Below, in pieces: positions 48,921 to 64,000 of a DNA stretch of 64,000 nucleotides. The notes under the pieces were generated by a model. It had not been told where the DNA came from. It saw nothing but the letters and a program-made list of their open reading frames with translations, and made no database searches. This DNA is from Chrysomallon squamiferum (taxonomy: Eukaryota; Animalia; Mollusca): NCBI GenBank assembly GCA_012295275.1, contig CM022670.1, positions 12,958,001 to 13,022,000 on the forward strand, written 5' to 3'. The first letter of the stretch is position 1. Each line of letters begins with the position of its first letter. A program made the translations under genes and the position numbers.

Positions 48921-49616
48921 GCAGTAATACTACTACTAGTAGTAGTTTTTACTGTAATAATTTCTTAGAATAATAATCTACGAAATCGACGGACACACAG
49001 ACACGACAGACAACAGACAGGTAGAATTACAAATGACAAAAATAAAGCTGTAGAAGTGACATTACTCAGACGTTTACAATTCCTGCTATTTCCACGCAAT
49101 TTCTTTGTTTACTCACTTCCTTGATGGATGATAGAAAACTTCTGACAAGCATTTCACTTTGTGTTGCTGTTGTTGATGCAGCTGTTGTTGTCGTCGAATG
49201 TTGAAAAGAAATTATTTGAAGAAGAAAAAATGACAATTTTATAAAAATTCTTATTTATTGTTATTCGTTTTTATTTATTTAGTTAGTTATTAATTTATTT
49301 ATTTATTTATTTATTTATTTATATATTTATAATTTTAATTATTTCATATTTATACAGTATTATTCATTTTTGTCATTTATTTGTATGTGCTTTTTTGTTG
49401 TTTATAATTATTTTATTTTATTTTGTGTTATATATCATTTTATTTTCATTTGTTTCTCTTTTTTTATTATTGTTGTTATTGTTGTTTTTGTTTGATTTAA
49501 TTTGTTTAAGTAAAATGGTTTGTTAAAAAGAAGGAAAAGAAAATTAAAGAAATAATAACAACAACAATAATAACAACAACAATAACAATAATAATAATAA
49601 TAACAATAACAATAAC

Positions 49617-49647
<31 letters not shown>

Positions 49648-49749
49648 CATATTTAATTACCAATCATTTTATTTTTAATATTATAATATAGTCAACAATA
49701 ACAACAAGAGTAATAATAATAATAGTAGTAATAGTGGTAATAGTAGTAA

Positions 49750-49783
<34 letters not shown>

Positions 49784-49803
49784 GGTGGTTGTGGTGGTAG
49801 TAA

Positions 49804-49837
<34 letters not shown>

Positions 49838-49873
49838 GGTGGTGGTGGTGGTAGTAGTAGTAGTAGTTATATG

Positions 49874-50075
49874 TTCTGGGGGGAAAAAAAACAAGAAAAA
49901 ACCCCGCAATTAGTGAGTTTTCTGACTGAGGCGATTATAGCAAATTAAATTTAAAAAAAAACAACGGGTTTTCTTTTATTAATAAAATAATATTTTAATA
50001 TATAAAACAAACATACAAACAAACAAACAAACACAAACATTAATTTAAGGAACAAATAAATTTGTTAATTATTAC
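49874..50075 (+). repeat. Dispersed direct repeat B, copy 2
   Basis: Near-identical core to 44551-44744; both copies follow a (GTA)n tract. Confidence 0.9.
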
Positions 50076-50220
50076 TAACGATCAAAAAATTATTTAATCT
50101 TTCTTTACGTTGTTTCTTTACTAGAAATTAAAATATTAAAAAATTAAAAATTACAAAAAACACTTCAATAACAACAACAATAATAGTAGTAGTAGTAATA
50201 ACAATAAAAATAAAAATAAC

Positions 50221-50261
<41 letters not shown>

Positions 50262-50402
50262 CAACAATAACAACAAGAATAATAATAATAGTAGTAGCAG
50301 AAAAATAAAAATAACAATAATAATAAAAAACAACAACAATAATAATAATCCACCCGAGGGAAATAAAAATAACAGTAATAATAACAACAAGAATAATAAT
50401 AA

Positions 50403-50448
50403 TCCACCCGAGGGATTCGAACCCAGTGTTTTAGCATACCGCTTATCC
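50403..50448 (-). mobile_element. tRNA-derived SINE-like or tRNA pseudogene fragment
   Basis: Minus strand ggataagcggtatgctaaaacactgGGTTCGAATCCctcgggtgga has a perfect Pol III B-box/T-arm followed by an (ATT)n-type tail; no complete cloverleaf. Confidence 0.5.
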
Positions 50449-50798
50449 ATTTCTTTTTTCGCTCCCAGTAATAATGCCTTCATGTTTCCACTTCGTTTCT
50501 GTAATGATCTGTCTTTATGCTATCAACACACTTCTAATCTGCGACAATACGCGTGTTGTTAGCTCACACCTTCAATACACTAATACTGTCAATATTTGCC
50601 GCTGCAAAGATATAATAACAGTTTTTTCGCGAGAACAAACTGATACCAATCAAGTGAAAAACTGCCCTCGATGCCCTGAGCTTAGTTCATTGAAACGGAT
50701 GTAGAAAATCGATACTATTTTCCGGGTGGGGTTAAAACGCGAATGTTTACATTTATTTATTTCCAGTCTAAAACGTTAGCTTTGTTGAAAAGCTTAAA

Positions 50799-50829
<31 letters not shown>

Positions 50830-51577
50830 GAATGAAAATAAAAGTCTGCACGTTTTCCTATTGTTTTCGACGACAAGCTCAAATTTTGACGTGTCTTTTT
50901 TGAAAAAAGAAAAACTGTTTCAAATAATTTATACTAGTATTTGTATAATCGACCGATACCTTTGTATTTTCGTTTCGTATCTTTTCTCCGAGTAGGGGAA
51001 AAAAAAAAAAAAAAAAAAAAAAAAAATGAAACGAAAAGCGACACAAACAAATGTTTGCTTACTTGCGAAAAGAAATAAAAATGTTGGAGAGACGGTGATG
51101 GTGTTTAATAAGAACGATTCAAAGATTAATTATTCTAGTCCGGTAAACATATACTTGATGACGCTCGGCATGTAAACACTAGACATATCAGATGGGGTGA
51201 CGCTCACACAAAACAGCGATCAAGATAAACTATACAGAACAAAAAAGTTACTGATAACAAATATTTTCACTAGTGATACACGCATTCAGCCAGTGTATAT
51301 GAATAATTGACATGAAAATCAAAACGCATATAGATTCAATTATCAGTTACTGGAGTTCAAATTTCTATTGTGTGTTTGTCTGATTTTGTTTTTCTTTAAT
51401 AAAAAAGAAAGGAAAAACAAGATAAAATGAAGAGAGGAAAATACTTTGAATTCCCTTTAGCTGCAAGGGTTGGTTTACAAATACCATCCCTTTGAATGAA
51501 TATGTATTGTTCTACCAATCAAAAACCAGATGATTTATCCAAATCTCATAATAAATACATAAATACACAAATACATA

Positions 51578-51627
<50 letters not shown>

Positions 51628-52066
51628 CAAACATACATATACATACATACACACACACACATACACACACATACATTCAAACACACATACAATACATACA
51701 TATTTAAAAATACAGGTTACGAAATCTCAAACCAGTGACGTCCCCTAATTCAGTTTAAACCAGTCGAGTCGCAGACTCTGGAAATAGGCGTCACGTCACA
51801 CACAACCAATTCCGCTGAGAGTTCACAGGTGTGATGGGCGAAGTTTCTGCACCGAGAGACTTCTATTGGTCAACACTGTTGAAGCGGAAAGAAAGCAAAT
51901 CGTACAGTATATTGTAATTATATTGTTTGCTCGCGCCGTCACAAGAATAAAATCATAAAATATACAAAAGGCAAATTTGTCGACGGTTGACGAGTTGGTT
52001 CAGTGTTAGAGTACGTCGGAACAGTCGTTTAGCGGCCGCCATCTTTAAATAGTTCAGAAATAAAAA

Positions 52067-52122
<56 letters not shown>

Positions 52123-52237
52123 AAATGTAAAGATAAATTTGTTTAAAAACAAACAAAAAAACTATTGTATTTGTCTAATACAAAATATAGTACATCCGAT
52201 AATAATTTTAACAATAACAACAATAACAGAAACAACG

Positions 52238-52270
<33 letters not shown>

Positions 52271-52318
52271 TATTTTCGTTTGTTTCTTAAGTTGAAAGTA
52301 GTGGTAGTAGTAGTAGTA

Positions 52319-52354
<36 letters not shown>

Positions 52355-52761
52355 TAACAAATACAACAAAAAAGAAACTAATAATAAACAACGATATAAA
52401 AAGTTCATTAATAATTGTCAGTCTCGTTGTTTGTGTAAAGAATTTCTTAACTGATGATGTTGTTATTTTTTAAAATTTTAGTTTTTGGAAAAATGTATTT
52501 ATTAATATTTTTGTTATTATCTTTTTAAAATTAGTTTATTATTATTATTTTCATTGTATTAAATAAATAAAAAAATCTTCATGTTTTATTTAAAAGTTGC
52601 GTTTTACTTCCTATTTTTTAGATATTTTAATTATATATTTTATTAATATCAAAATGATTTTTACATTTTTAAATATTATGCTTTTATTTTTATTTTTTAA
52701 TTATCAAAATTATTTTTATTTTTAAAAAAGTTATTATTTTTATTTTAATTTAATTTTGTTG

Positions 52762-52798
<37 letters not shown>

Positions 52799-52813
52799 TA
52801 CTACTACTACTAC

Positions 52814-52853
<40 letters not shown>

Positions 52854-53178
52854 TTCCGTAAGATTTACTATTATTATTTCTAATAATTTCCACTGTACCT
52901 TCCTCAAAAATTTACTATTTCAAGACATATTTCTTAAATATCAGTTAATCTTTAGTATTAATGAAAATCTCTCTTGTATATCTTATTCATCCACTCATCT
53001 ATAATTAAATTCTTTTGATAGAAAAATCGTACTTCTGTAATCGAGAGTTATTTGTTTTTTACTGAAAATAAAAACGTAACTAGGTAAGTAAATAAGTAAG
53101 TAAGTAAAAACAAACAAACAAACAAACAAATAAATAAACAAACAAATAGATGTATAAATAAATAAATAGACAAATGTA

Positions 53179-53217
<39 letters not shown>

Positions 53218-53855
53218 ACCAAGTAACAAACAAACAAACAAATAATTAAAAAAAAAAAAAAGATCAAGAATATGTCCAAAATCAGAAGAAGATCGAAAAA
53301 GAAAAGAAGACAAATTAACGGCAGATGGGCGACATTTGGTTTACGCGTTTCGATCTCGAGTCTGTTTGCTCGGGAAAAATGTTTAAGTCTTAATGATAAA
53401 AGACAAACAGAGAATGTCTTTGGACTCTCTCTATGTTTGCCATAGCGACTGTTTTCTAACCTTTAGTGAGGATCAAAAGAAAGGACATCGAGATAAAATT
53501 TATTCTTTATTAAGATGCGTGCGATATTGTTTCTGTCGTTTTATTAATTAATAAAAAAAAAATTATGATAATAAAGAGGTTGAATATTAAATATTAATAT
53601 AAAATAATTAAGTTGGTCAAAATGGTGGTGTATATTTAATGACAGTTAATGAAAAAAAGAAAAGAAAAAAAAGACTTCTGAATAAATTATTACAGCTGGA
53701 GTAAAATGTAGTTGGCCCGAAAATAAAAAAAATAAAAAGAGAAATCGTAGGTTAAGAAAAATTTAAATAAAAATAAAAATGAATGTTTCTGATTTAAGAA
53801 TGATTACAATAGAAATATATTATTTGTAACAGATATTATATTAATCCTATGATAC

Positions 53856-53894
<39 letters not shown>

Positions 53895-54117
53895 ACTAAT
53901 AATAATAATAATAAAACTACTACTATTAATAATAATTATAATAGTAATAATCTTAATCGTAATCATAGTAGTAATAGTATATAGTAGTAGTAGTAGTAGT
54001 AGTAGTAGAAGTAGTAGTAGTAGCAGTAGTAGTAATAACGATAATAATGATGATATTCTTCATCGTTCTTCTTCATTCTTCTTCTTTTACATCTTGTTAT
54101 TATCATCGTCACCATCA

Positions 54118-54172
<55 letters not shown>

Positions 54173-54435
54173 CGTTGTAATATTCATCATAAGAGTAAAA
54201 ATCAAGACTAATGTTAGTAAAAATACTTAATTTTATTCTTTATCGCAACAAGTTGACTATTTCAGATTAATTTTTATTACGCAGAGGTAATTTTTTAAAA
54301 AAGCTTAATTTATATATTTATTTATTTATTTATTTATTTATTTTATTTTATTTAAATTTAGTCATATGTATATTTATTTATTTATTTATTTATTTTATTT
54401 TATTTTATTTATTTATTTTATTTTATTTAGTCATA

Positions 54436-54466
<31 letters not shown>

Positions 54467-54514
54467 TTTATTTTATTTTATTTTATTTTATTTTATTTTA
54501 TTTAGTCATATGTA

Positions 54515-54545
<31 letters not shown>

Positions 54546-54615
54546 AAATGCATTTATTTATTTTATTTTTATTTTATTATTTTTTTTTTTTTTTGATATT
54601 TAAAATATAATTATA

Positions 54616-55810
<1,195 letters not shown>

Positions 55811-56012
55811 CAAAAAATGAAGTAAATATATAAATGATGATGACGATAAACTATTTAATTCTTTCAAAAAAAGAATAAAATTCACGCGACTGTTATTTTC
55901 TAAAGTTTAAAAAAATATATATATTAACATCAAATGTTTTAAAATAAATAAATAAATAAATACATTTTTTAATAAATAAATAAATGATGACGATAATGAT
56001 GATGAAGGTAAT

Positions 56013-56069
<57 letters not shown>

Positions 56070-57699
56070 CTTGTATTTCTTTTATCAGTACGTTTTTTAT
56101 ATATATATTACATAGACAACGAAGCCATATTTCACAATTCTAAATAAATTCTTTTTTTTCCGTATTTTTTTATACCTATGAATAGAAGAACTATATGTAC
56201 GTATGTATATATATGTGTGTGTGTGTGTGTGTTTATCCGAAGAAAAGTACGTGCATTCATGCTCATATACAGTTATAAAGGAGTAAAAGAAAGATGTTAC
56301 ATGGCCAGTTGAAATAAACGCTGTGCATATTGATCAGCATAACAGATTTTAACAACAACAAAAGAAAATAAACAAAAACAAATAAAGGAAAAGAATAAGA
56401 AAGAAAGGTAAAAGAAATCCCATAATAATAAAAAAAAAATAAATAAATAAATAAAAAAATAAAAAAATAAAAAATAATAATAGAAAACTCGAGGAAAATA
56501 AAAGAATAAAGAAAACAAAAGAAATGATAGGAGAAAAAGAAGAAGAAGGAGGAAAATAGAGAGGAAAAAACAAAGGGAGAGTGGGGAAGAAAACCCCCAG
56601 AAGATCGACTAGTGTAATGGTTTGGAAAATTGGCGTGTTGTAAAAGTACTTGGCCGTGTTTTGACAAGACGAAACGAAAACGTGTTAAACCTATACACGT
56701 CCAGAACACCATGGGGGCTTTTCAAACGAAGTGAATGAAGGAGTGCGCCCTCTACAAACAGTGGCGATAACTCGCACTTGTGGCTGTTCACAGTCCGCTG
56801 GGCTCACGGAGAGGGCAGCCGCCCACTGCAGCGGTCACTGAAGCACAGATCCCGTGCCCCAGGGCGAAAATTCTTTTAGCAGATTTTGATTAAAAGTTGT
56901 CAGCGCTCTCACTTTCAGCGGTCAGAGAGATATTCAGCGCGATAAAACTGCTTCCTGCAAGCGGTGTTGGTTTTGGTTATGTTCTGCTCTGCGGAATATC
57001 TGCCGCGGCATTTGATTTGTTAAATATAACACGTCTGGTGATTGGGTGAATGTTTCTTCGGTTCACTTATTCTTTGTAATGGCGTCTGTTACGTTTTCTG
57101 CGATTCATTTGACGATTTTCTGAATGAGTTAGGAACGGGCAATGAGCGTGTGACATTGAATTTAAAGTGAAAGTATTATTGTGAAGAAAATGATGTCATG
57201 AATATGTAGATAAATTTCTCTGAACTGTCTTTCATGCTCTGTATTTGTTTACGCCCATCAAGTTTAATTCATTCAAATCATTGGTGTATTACTGTCTGAA
57301 AGCACTCTATTACAATCCTAAATTTATATAAGTTCCGCTTTAGTATTATTATTGTTGTTGTTGTTGTTGTTGTTGTTGCTGTTGTTGCTGATGGTGTTAC
57401 TGTTAGTATCGTTGTTGTTTTAGTCGTTATCGCTGAGAGTATGATCACGAATTATTACTGTTCTTTAGCATTTGTATTTTCTAATATATTAAAATTTATT
57501 CTTGTTTTCAAACGATTCTTACACAAGATTTTATAAGAAGAATATTTTCATACGTATTAATATTTATATTTAATTTGGTTTTATTTTATTTTGTTACATA
57601 CAATTTTATTTTATTACATTTTATTTTATTTTATTTCATTATATTTTATTTCATTTTATTTCATTTTATTTTTCCTTTTGTTCCGCATCCAACAAACAA

Positions 57700-57850
57700 T
57701 TAACCCCAGAAGTGCGCATCAACCAATCAAACCATCCGATACTGAACGCCAGCCAATCAGATGACCCCCATACTTCTTGATGTCAGCTGAGCATCAATCC
57801 CATCACGCCTCATTAGCAGACGCCATATTAATTCCGCGCGGAAAATGTTG
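57700..57850 (+). promoter_or_regulatory. Promoter-like island with tandem CCAAT boxes (57723, 57753), TGCGCA and a GCCAT motif
   Basis: aaCCAATca and agCCAATcag 30 bp apart; CpG-rich. Confidence 0.35.
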
Positions 57851-58624
57851 AGGGCTCAATTATTCATGTACTACACTTTCACGGACCAGTTGCAACCAGC
57901 GGAGCGTGAAAATACAGAGAGAGTAAAAATGTGGCCTGTGTCGGAAAGAGGCAAGGAAAAGCCATTAGAGAAAAAGTAGACACCGACACGTTAGGGGTTT
58001 CGTTTCCGCTCGTAAATTAATGAAGACATTTTCGCCTTAATTTGACGTCGTTTACGTTTTTAAACGAAACTTTTCGCATATCGCGTAGCAGATGCTGGAA
58101 TATTGTTTTCTCGGCTGGGCTTTCTCTTCGGTTTCGGTTATTTTTCACTCCCCATTTTTCTATTTCTATTAGCCGTGTTCTTTCTTTTATTTGTTTTCAA
58201 AACGACAAACTTGTATCATTTGTTATGTTCGGCTGTCAAGCAATTTCTTCTTGTCAGTACCTTGGCGATGATATGCGCGCTCTCGTTTTCGCTCGATCTT
58301 TGTTTAAAAACGAAACAGAGAGAACGACCGAAATTAGAAAACCAGACACGCTTCATTTGGCGTGGACTGCTAAAGAATATGCAATTACGGATGCTAACGG
58401 CAAACGCAGAAGCTAATGCCAAAAACACACAACAGTTTAAATAACTGCACAAATATTTGGTTGTTTCTGAATGGCAAAGTCTTTTGTTGTCGTATTTACG
58501 TTATTGTCTGTTCTCAGAGTTTAGTCAAGATATACGATTTTTAACTGCTTCTGTTCGCGATTTGCAGAATAAAATACGAAGTTTGTTTGTTGCTTTTTCA
58601 GTTGTTAGCCTAAACAGAATTATT

Positions 58625-58656
<32 letters not shown>

Positions 58657-59921
58657 TATATTTAAAGGTTTTCTTCTTCATCATGATATGAGTTTGTGGA
58701 TTATAGCAAATTCTATTTATTTATTTATTTACAACATTATTATTATTGTTGTTGTTGATGATGATGATGTTGTTGTTATTCCAGAATTAAAAAGGTGCTG
58801 TAGATAACGACGTATATCTCGTCAACCAGACTGATGACGTCTATATGGTTTGATGTCTATATTAATGTGCCTGTAAAAGATCCCTTTCCACTCTCGAAAT
58901 ATTTATTTCTGTAAACAGTAATTATGTCATAATTACCAAATAACTAAGAACGAAATATTATTCTATGTGGTCTGGTCGTGTCTTTAAAACCAAAACAGCA
59001 TTAAATTACAAATAAGGTAAGGTTTAGAAATTTGATTCGATATCATTGAGCATATATTCATAAATTATAGGAGTTCCTTCTTTAATTGTGTTTTCCTCCC
59101 AAAATTACCGAGCACTATTATTCAGTACTCTGTGAACGTTTTGCTTATTCAGTTACCAGACGTAACGAGATATCACTCCGAGCTGCAATAAAATCCATTC
59201 AATTTTTCTCACACGGCCTGATGGAATGATCACGTAACCAACTGCACGTGCAATTTGTGCATCTAAGTTTTGGTGAGGAAAGAGAAGAAAACAAAAAGAG
59301 TTAAAAACAACTGTATATGAAATAGGCATGTTCTGCACGTGTATGATGGTTTTGTGTAAAAAAAAACCCAGACCAGTGTCTGTTAACAAACAATGTGAGC
59401 TGAAGCATGGTTTAAATTTTCGCTAAACACCCTCTTCAATTTGGCTGGCACATGAAGCAACAAGCCTGGCCTCGCTGCAAATTGCGAAAAGGATGATTTT
59501 TATTTCGCGTGCATGTGCCACTTCCTTCCTCGCAAATCTCGGACATCTTGCTTTGCGTTCAACCCAACCGAACATGCACGTGACGGGGCCGAAAACACGT
59601 TCAGCATTACGTTTGTCGTGCAGCAGAGCTTCTCTGGGCAACAGACCGTCAATTACAGGAGGAAAACATTTCAACACAGCAATGTTGTTCTTGTTTGATT
59701 GTCAAAGTGCCACCAGTGTTGCAACGTTGCTTCTGTTAAAGGCCGGCTTACAATAACTGTAAATGTATATTGTTAAAACAAATAAACAGTGGCGGGGTGT
59801 TTCTGGGTTTTTGGCATCCAACGTCATGTTTTTCTGGCAGCGAAAACAAACTGATTTGGTCCATGCTGGACGAATAAATGCGTGAGCATAATTGTTCTGA
59901 TGTGTCTTTGTCTGTCTGTCT

Positions 59922-59926
<5 letters not shown>

Positions 59927-59988
<62 letters not shown>
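59927..59988. repeat. (TG)n microsatellite
   Basis: Directly visible. Confidence 0.95.
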
Positions 59989-59991
<3 letters not shown>

Positions 59992-60793
59992 CATGAACTT
60001 TTTTTTTGTTATTACTGTTGTTGTTGTTGTTGTTATTATTAAACTGACGAAACTGGACAATGGTTTGTCATGCCGTCATCGTTCTTATTATCAGTTACAA
60101 TTCGTAATCGCGTTCAAATAAAAGTGTTTGTGTATATATTTATATGTGTGTGTGTGTTTATATATGTATGTATATGTGTGCGTATGTTTATATAAATAAA
60201 TAAATATATATTTCTACTAATTTCCGTTGGCTTTATTCTTCTTCTCTGATGTTATATATAATATATCTTCTCTTTCTATATAATTATTATTATATTATAT
60301 AACAGAACGACTCAACAAATACAAAATTTTTATTTCCATGTTAATAAGAGTCGACCCAGTTCGGGTGTTTTCGTATTAAAAAAATAATAATTATAGTTAG
60401 CGGCACAGAAAGCGAGGTGTAAAATCAAATATCCATTATTAGTATAAGCTACTTGCCCAGAAATATTGAAAAATTTTACTCGTGAAAAAAACGCAATAAA
60501 AATGAACAATAAAAATAATCTTTGTTGACTTTGAGAAAAAGCAAATACAGAGTTTTTTGGGGGTAAAAAAAAAAAAAAAAAGAACTACGGTATATGAAAA
60601 TTTTGAATTTTTTTTTCCCGCGCTCTTGAGGGGAATAGAGTAATAAAAACATGTTTTGTAGAATGTTATTACGCCTTGAGAATTTGCGAAATGAAAAAAA
60701 AAAAAAAAAATCAAACATTAAAACACGTGGGCACCTTCAGCTTGGAGATATAAAAGTTCATAAAAGATTTTGTTATAGAATTTTTTTTTTATG

Positions 60794-60832
<39 letters not shown>

Positions 60833-61117
60833 TTAATTTTTCTGTTTCTGTTGTCTTTTTTGTGTGTGTGTTTAATTTTATAATAATTATACCACAGAAG
60901 ATTTTTTTTCTTTTCTTAGATGTGTTTTCTTTCTGTGTATGGTATTATTTTGTTTTTTCTTTCTTTATTTAGTTAATTTTATTTATTTTTATTTTTTGTC
61001 TACTTCTTCTATTATTATTAGTATTTCTACTACCACAACAACAAATACTAGTACTTCTACTAACAGTAATAATAATAATAAAATACCTTTTTGATAGTTT
61101 TTTGTACTATAGTGGTT

Positions 61118-61154
<37 letters not shown>

Positions 61155-62130
61155 GCACACGCTCACACAAATTCTAATTTATTTATTTAGGTATCCTTTT
61201 TTATCTGTTACTGAAACCTCCTTATCTCCTTCTTAGCAGAGCTATATATGATAATGACGATAATCTTTTATATTTACAATTATTAATCTGACCCATACCA
61301 GCACTACACTCTCAGTATAATGTGTTTTCCAAATGTTTCTTTTACCTTGTGGTCAAAACGTTAAAAAAAAAAAAAATTAAAAAAATAAAAAAGTAAAGAA
61401 AATGTATGTTCCTGGGAATTATAATGAAATATACAGCCAAGATCCTTTATTTAAGCAACGAAAACAAATAAGAGAATAAAGATATCAACACAAACATATA
61501 CATAGGGACTACCGGGCGAGGAAATTGACAAGCTGAAATCTACGACTTGCGTTATATCACCCGGTTTAAAGGCCCGTGCAGTTCGTGCGATTTGCCTAAA
61601 TGAAATAAACACACAAAGTGTTTGTTTACAGGCTCAAATTGATTTTGCAGATTTCAGTGGACGTAGGAAGTAACTTTTTTTTTTTTCTTTTCTTTTTATT
61701 AGCAACAGAAAACCAAACAGTTTATGTTGATGTGTTTCTAGATGAAATGGACAGTTCGCAAACTGTTATTGGACGTGCAGATAAATAAATAAATAAATAA
61801 ATTGAAAAATAAATAAATAGATAGATGAATAAATAAAGAAGAAGAAGGGGTTTGTAAACCAATAACAAAGGACGACGGTAGAGGAACTGCTGACGTCCTA
61901 ATTAAGTAAACGTGTTGCCAAGACGTGATTTTTGAAAATTATTTTTTTGTTTTGCTTTGTCTTGTTTTTTGTTTTTGTTTGTTTTTTGTTTTAAGAGAAA
62001 TGTCGTATCAGTGTAGATAATTTTTTACTTCAAATCGTTTTCTAAATAATAATAATAATAATAATAATAATACCATTTTGCACCTAGACATATAATTTTA
62101 GTTATTTTTATATAATCTTAAATATGTATA

Positions 62131-62179
<49 letters not shown>

Positions 62180-62962
62180 TATAGTAACTAATGTTTCTGT
62201 ATTCGTTGTTAACAAGCAGTAATTTAGCATTTTTGATGTTTATCCTATTTAATCTGTTTATAATTCCCTTTACTGAGTGACGCGCACACACACACACACA
62301 CACACACAAAATCATACACAGCCACATATATCCACACGCGCGTTCTCACACACGCATAAATATTAACACATAAGACAAATGCTCATACAAATTATAACAT
62401 ATCAACACACACACAGAAATATACACGTACACACGCACACACACATGTATTTAGATTTACACATACACACAAGTTATGCATACAAATAGGCTTGCGCGCA
62501 CACAAAAACGCATATACAAATGTTATTACAAGGGAAGATCTCCAAGTGCTGATCTATTTTCTAAGTGATGATATCCCGGAGAAGTCAAATGTTCCAGCAT
62601 GTGTATCATATCAAAGGATTTGTTTTGTTTTTTGCCATCTTCTTCTTTCCAAACGGAACACATCGGCCAAGTAACACAGCTGTATGTAGCCTTCTCGTAG
62701 AGAGAGAGAAAAAAAAAAAAGAAAAACCGACAAGATAAATAAACTCGACTGGAAATCAAACGCTGTGCGTGCGGAAAGTAGCATTTCTTCGTAAAACATT
62801 TAGATTTTACACCCACTTCGTTCCCACCTGGGCTTGTTTGTGCTTGGAAACAAGCGAAATGCGAACAGATTTTTTGGCCTGAAGGGGATAGGTGGATACC
62901 GCGCGCACTTCCAGGAAGCACACCCGGCTTGTGCTGTTCATTCTACATTTACACTGACCGAT

Positions 62963-63108
62963 TTCTTCTTCGTCGTCGTCTTCTTCTTCTTCCTTCTTCT
63001 TCTTCTTCTTCTTCTTCTTCTTCTTCTTCTCTTCATCGTCTTCTTCTTCCTCTTCTTCCTCTTCTTCTTTTTCTTCTTTTTCTTCTTCTTCTTCTTCTTC
63101 TTCTTCTT
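62963..63108. repeat. (CTT)n polypyrimidine microsatellite
   Basis: Directly visible; source of the spurious poly-E/K ORF. Confidence 0.95.
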
Positions 63109-63243
63109 TTAACAGGATAAATAATTTTATTTTGAAAAGTACACCTGTCAATGATAGTACAGCCTCTCATAAATTATTGGATGGTGGTTTTTAGAATAAG
63201 AAAAGAAGACAGACTCAACATTTTATTTTCTTTCAGCGACTTT

Positions 63244-63280
<37 letters not shown>

Positions 63281-63777
63281 CACCTTATGAGTTTATTTTC
63301 CTGTAGGTAAAGAGAGGAAAATATGAAAAGAAACTGACATGTGAAAGTGACATAATAAATATCGAATCATTTGCACGTACGATTGTGTAGATTTCGTGTT
63401 GACACGCGCGATAACGTCGCTGATCTTCGCGGAGGTTGCTGCAGATTGGAGCACCGCGTCGGTGGAAAAAACGCAAAGACAACAGGAAGCTGTAGATTAC
63501 GTTAAAGGGCAGAAGACACAGTGATATTAATTTGTCAGTTTGGGAAAGCCATTGATTCCGTATGTGACATGTAAAGTTTATTATCGTCCACTAAATACAC
63601 ACGTGATCAGGGTCTGTTTGGGAGGGGATGCGTGGGGCGAAGCGGTCTTGTAACAAAACTTGAAAACAGAAAACAGATAAATAAACATTTTAAAAATGTA
63701 TATAAGCTGAGTATATCATTATATTTTAGATATTTATTATTTTTCATTATATTATTATTTTATACATGGATACATAA

Positions 63778-63825
<48 letters not shown>

Positions 63826-64000
63826 AATAAAGCAATATATTTATGCTCTTTCTCTGATATATTTTAACAAAATAAAATAAATAAATAAATAAAAGAACAC
63901 GCATATTTACCAAATACATTTGGACTATTTTATTAAAATCCATCATACATACACTTCAACAACAACAAAACAAAACCAAAACCAAAACAACTCCAGACAA

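Noticed and set aside
58042-58444. Overlapping 124-aa and 113-aa ORFs downstream of the CCAAT island
   Set aside because: Non-ATG starts, no recognisable domain and no clear splice boundaries.

Overview
AT-rich metazoan genomic DNA, most likely an invertebrate. The short AT-rich introns, CpG-depleted gene body and protein sequence suggest a lophotrochozoan or mollusc, but this is inference. Bases ~1-29,400 hold the 3' part of a + strand spectraplakin gene (single invertebrate MACF1/dystonin/Shot-type orthologue). I traced 41 GT-AG coding exons by hand from 307 to the stop at 26961 (about 7.3 kb CDS, about 2,420 aa). They encode roughly 18-19 spectrin repeats, two EF-hands, a GAR (GAS2) domain, a Ser/Arg/Gly-rich tail and a C-terminal SKIP (EB1-binding) motif, followed by a ~2.4 kb 3' UTR. 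Notable points in the gene are an 8-aa tandem repeat loop (MSGR[RH]TPD) with a 1-nt frameshift, a second SxIP motif, a 56-bp intronic minisatellite abutting a splice acceptor, and several frame-preserving cassette or micro-exons around the GAR domain that the ORF track does not resolve. Bases ~29,400-64,000 have no recognisable protein-coding gene. They are CpG-rich and microsatellite-dense, with two pairs of direct repeats, a ~230-bp-arm inverted repeat element, a tRNA/SINE-like fragment and several promoter- or enhancer-like islands. All coordinates were read by eye and no searches were run.
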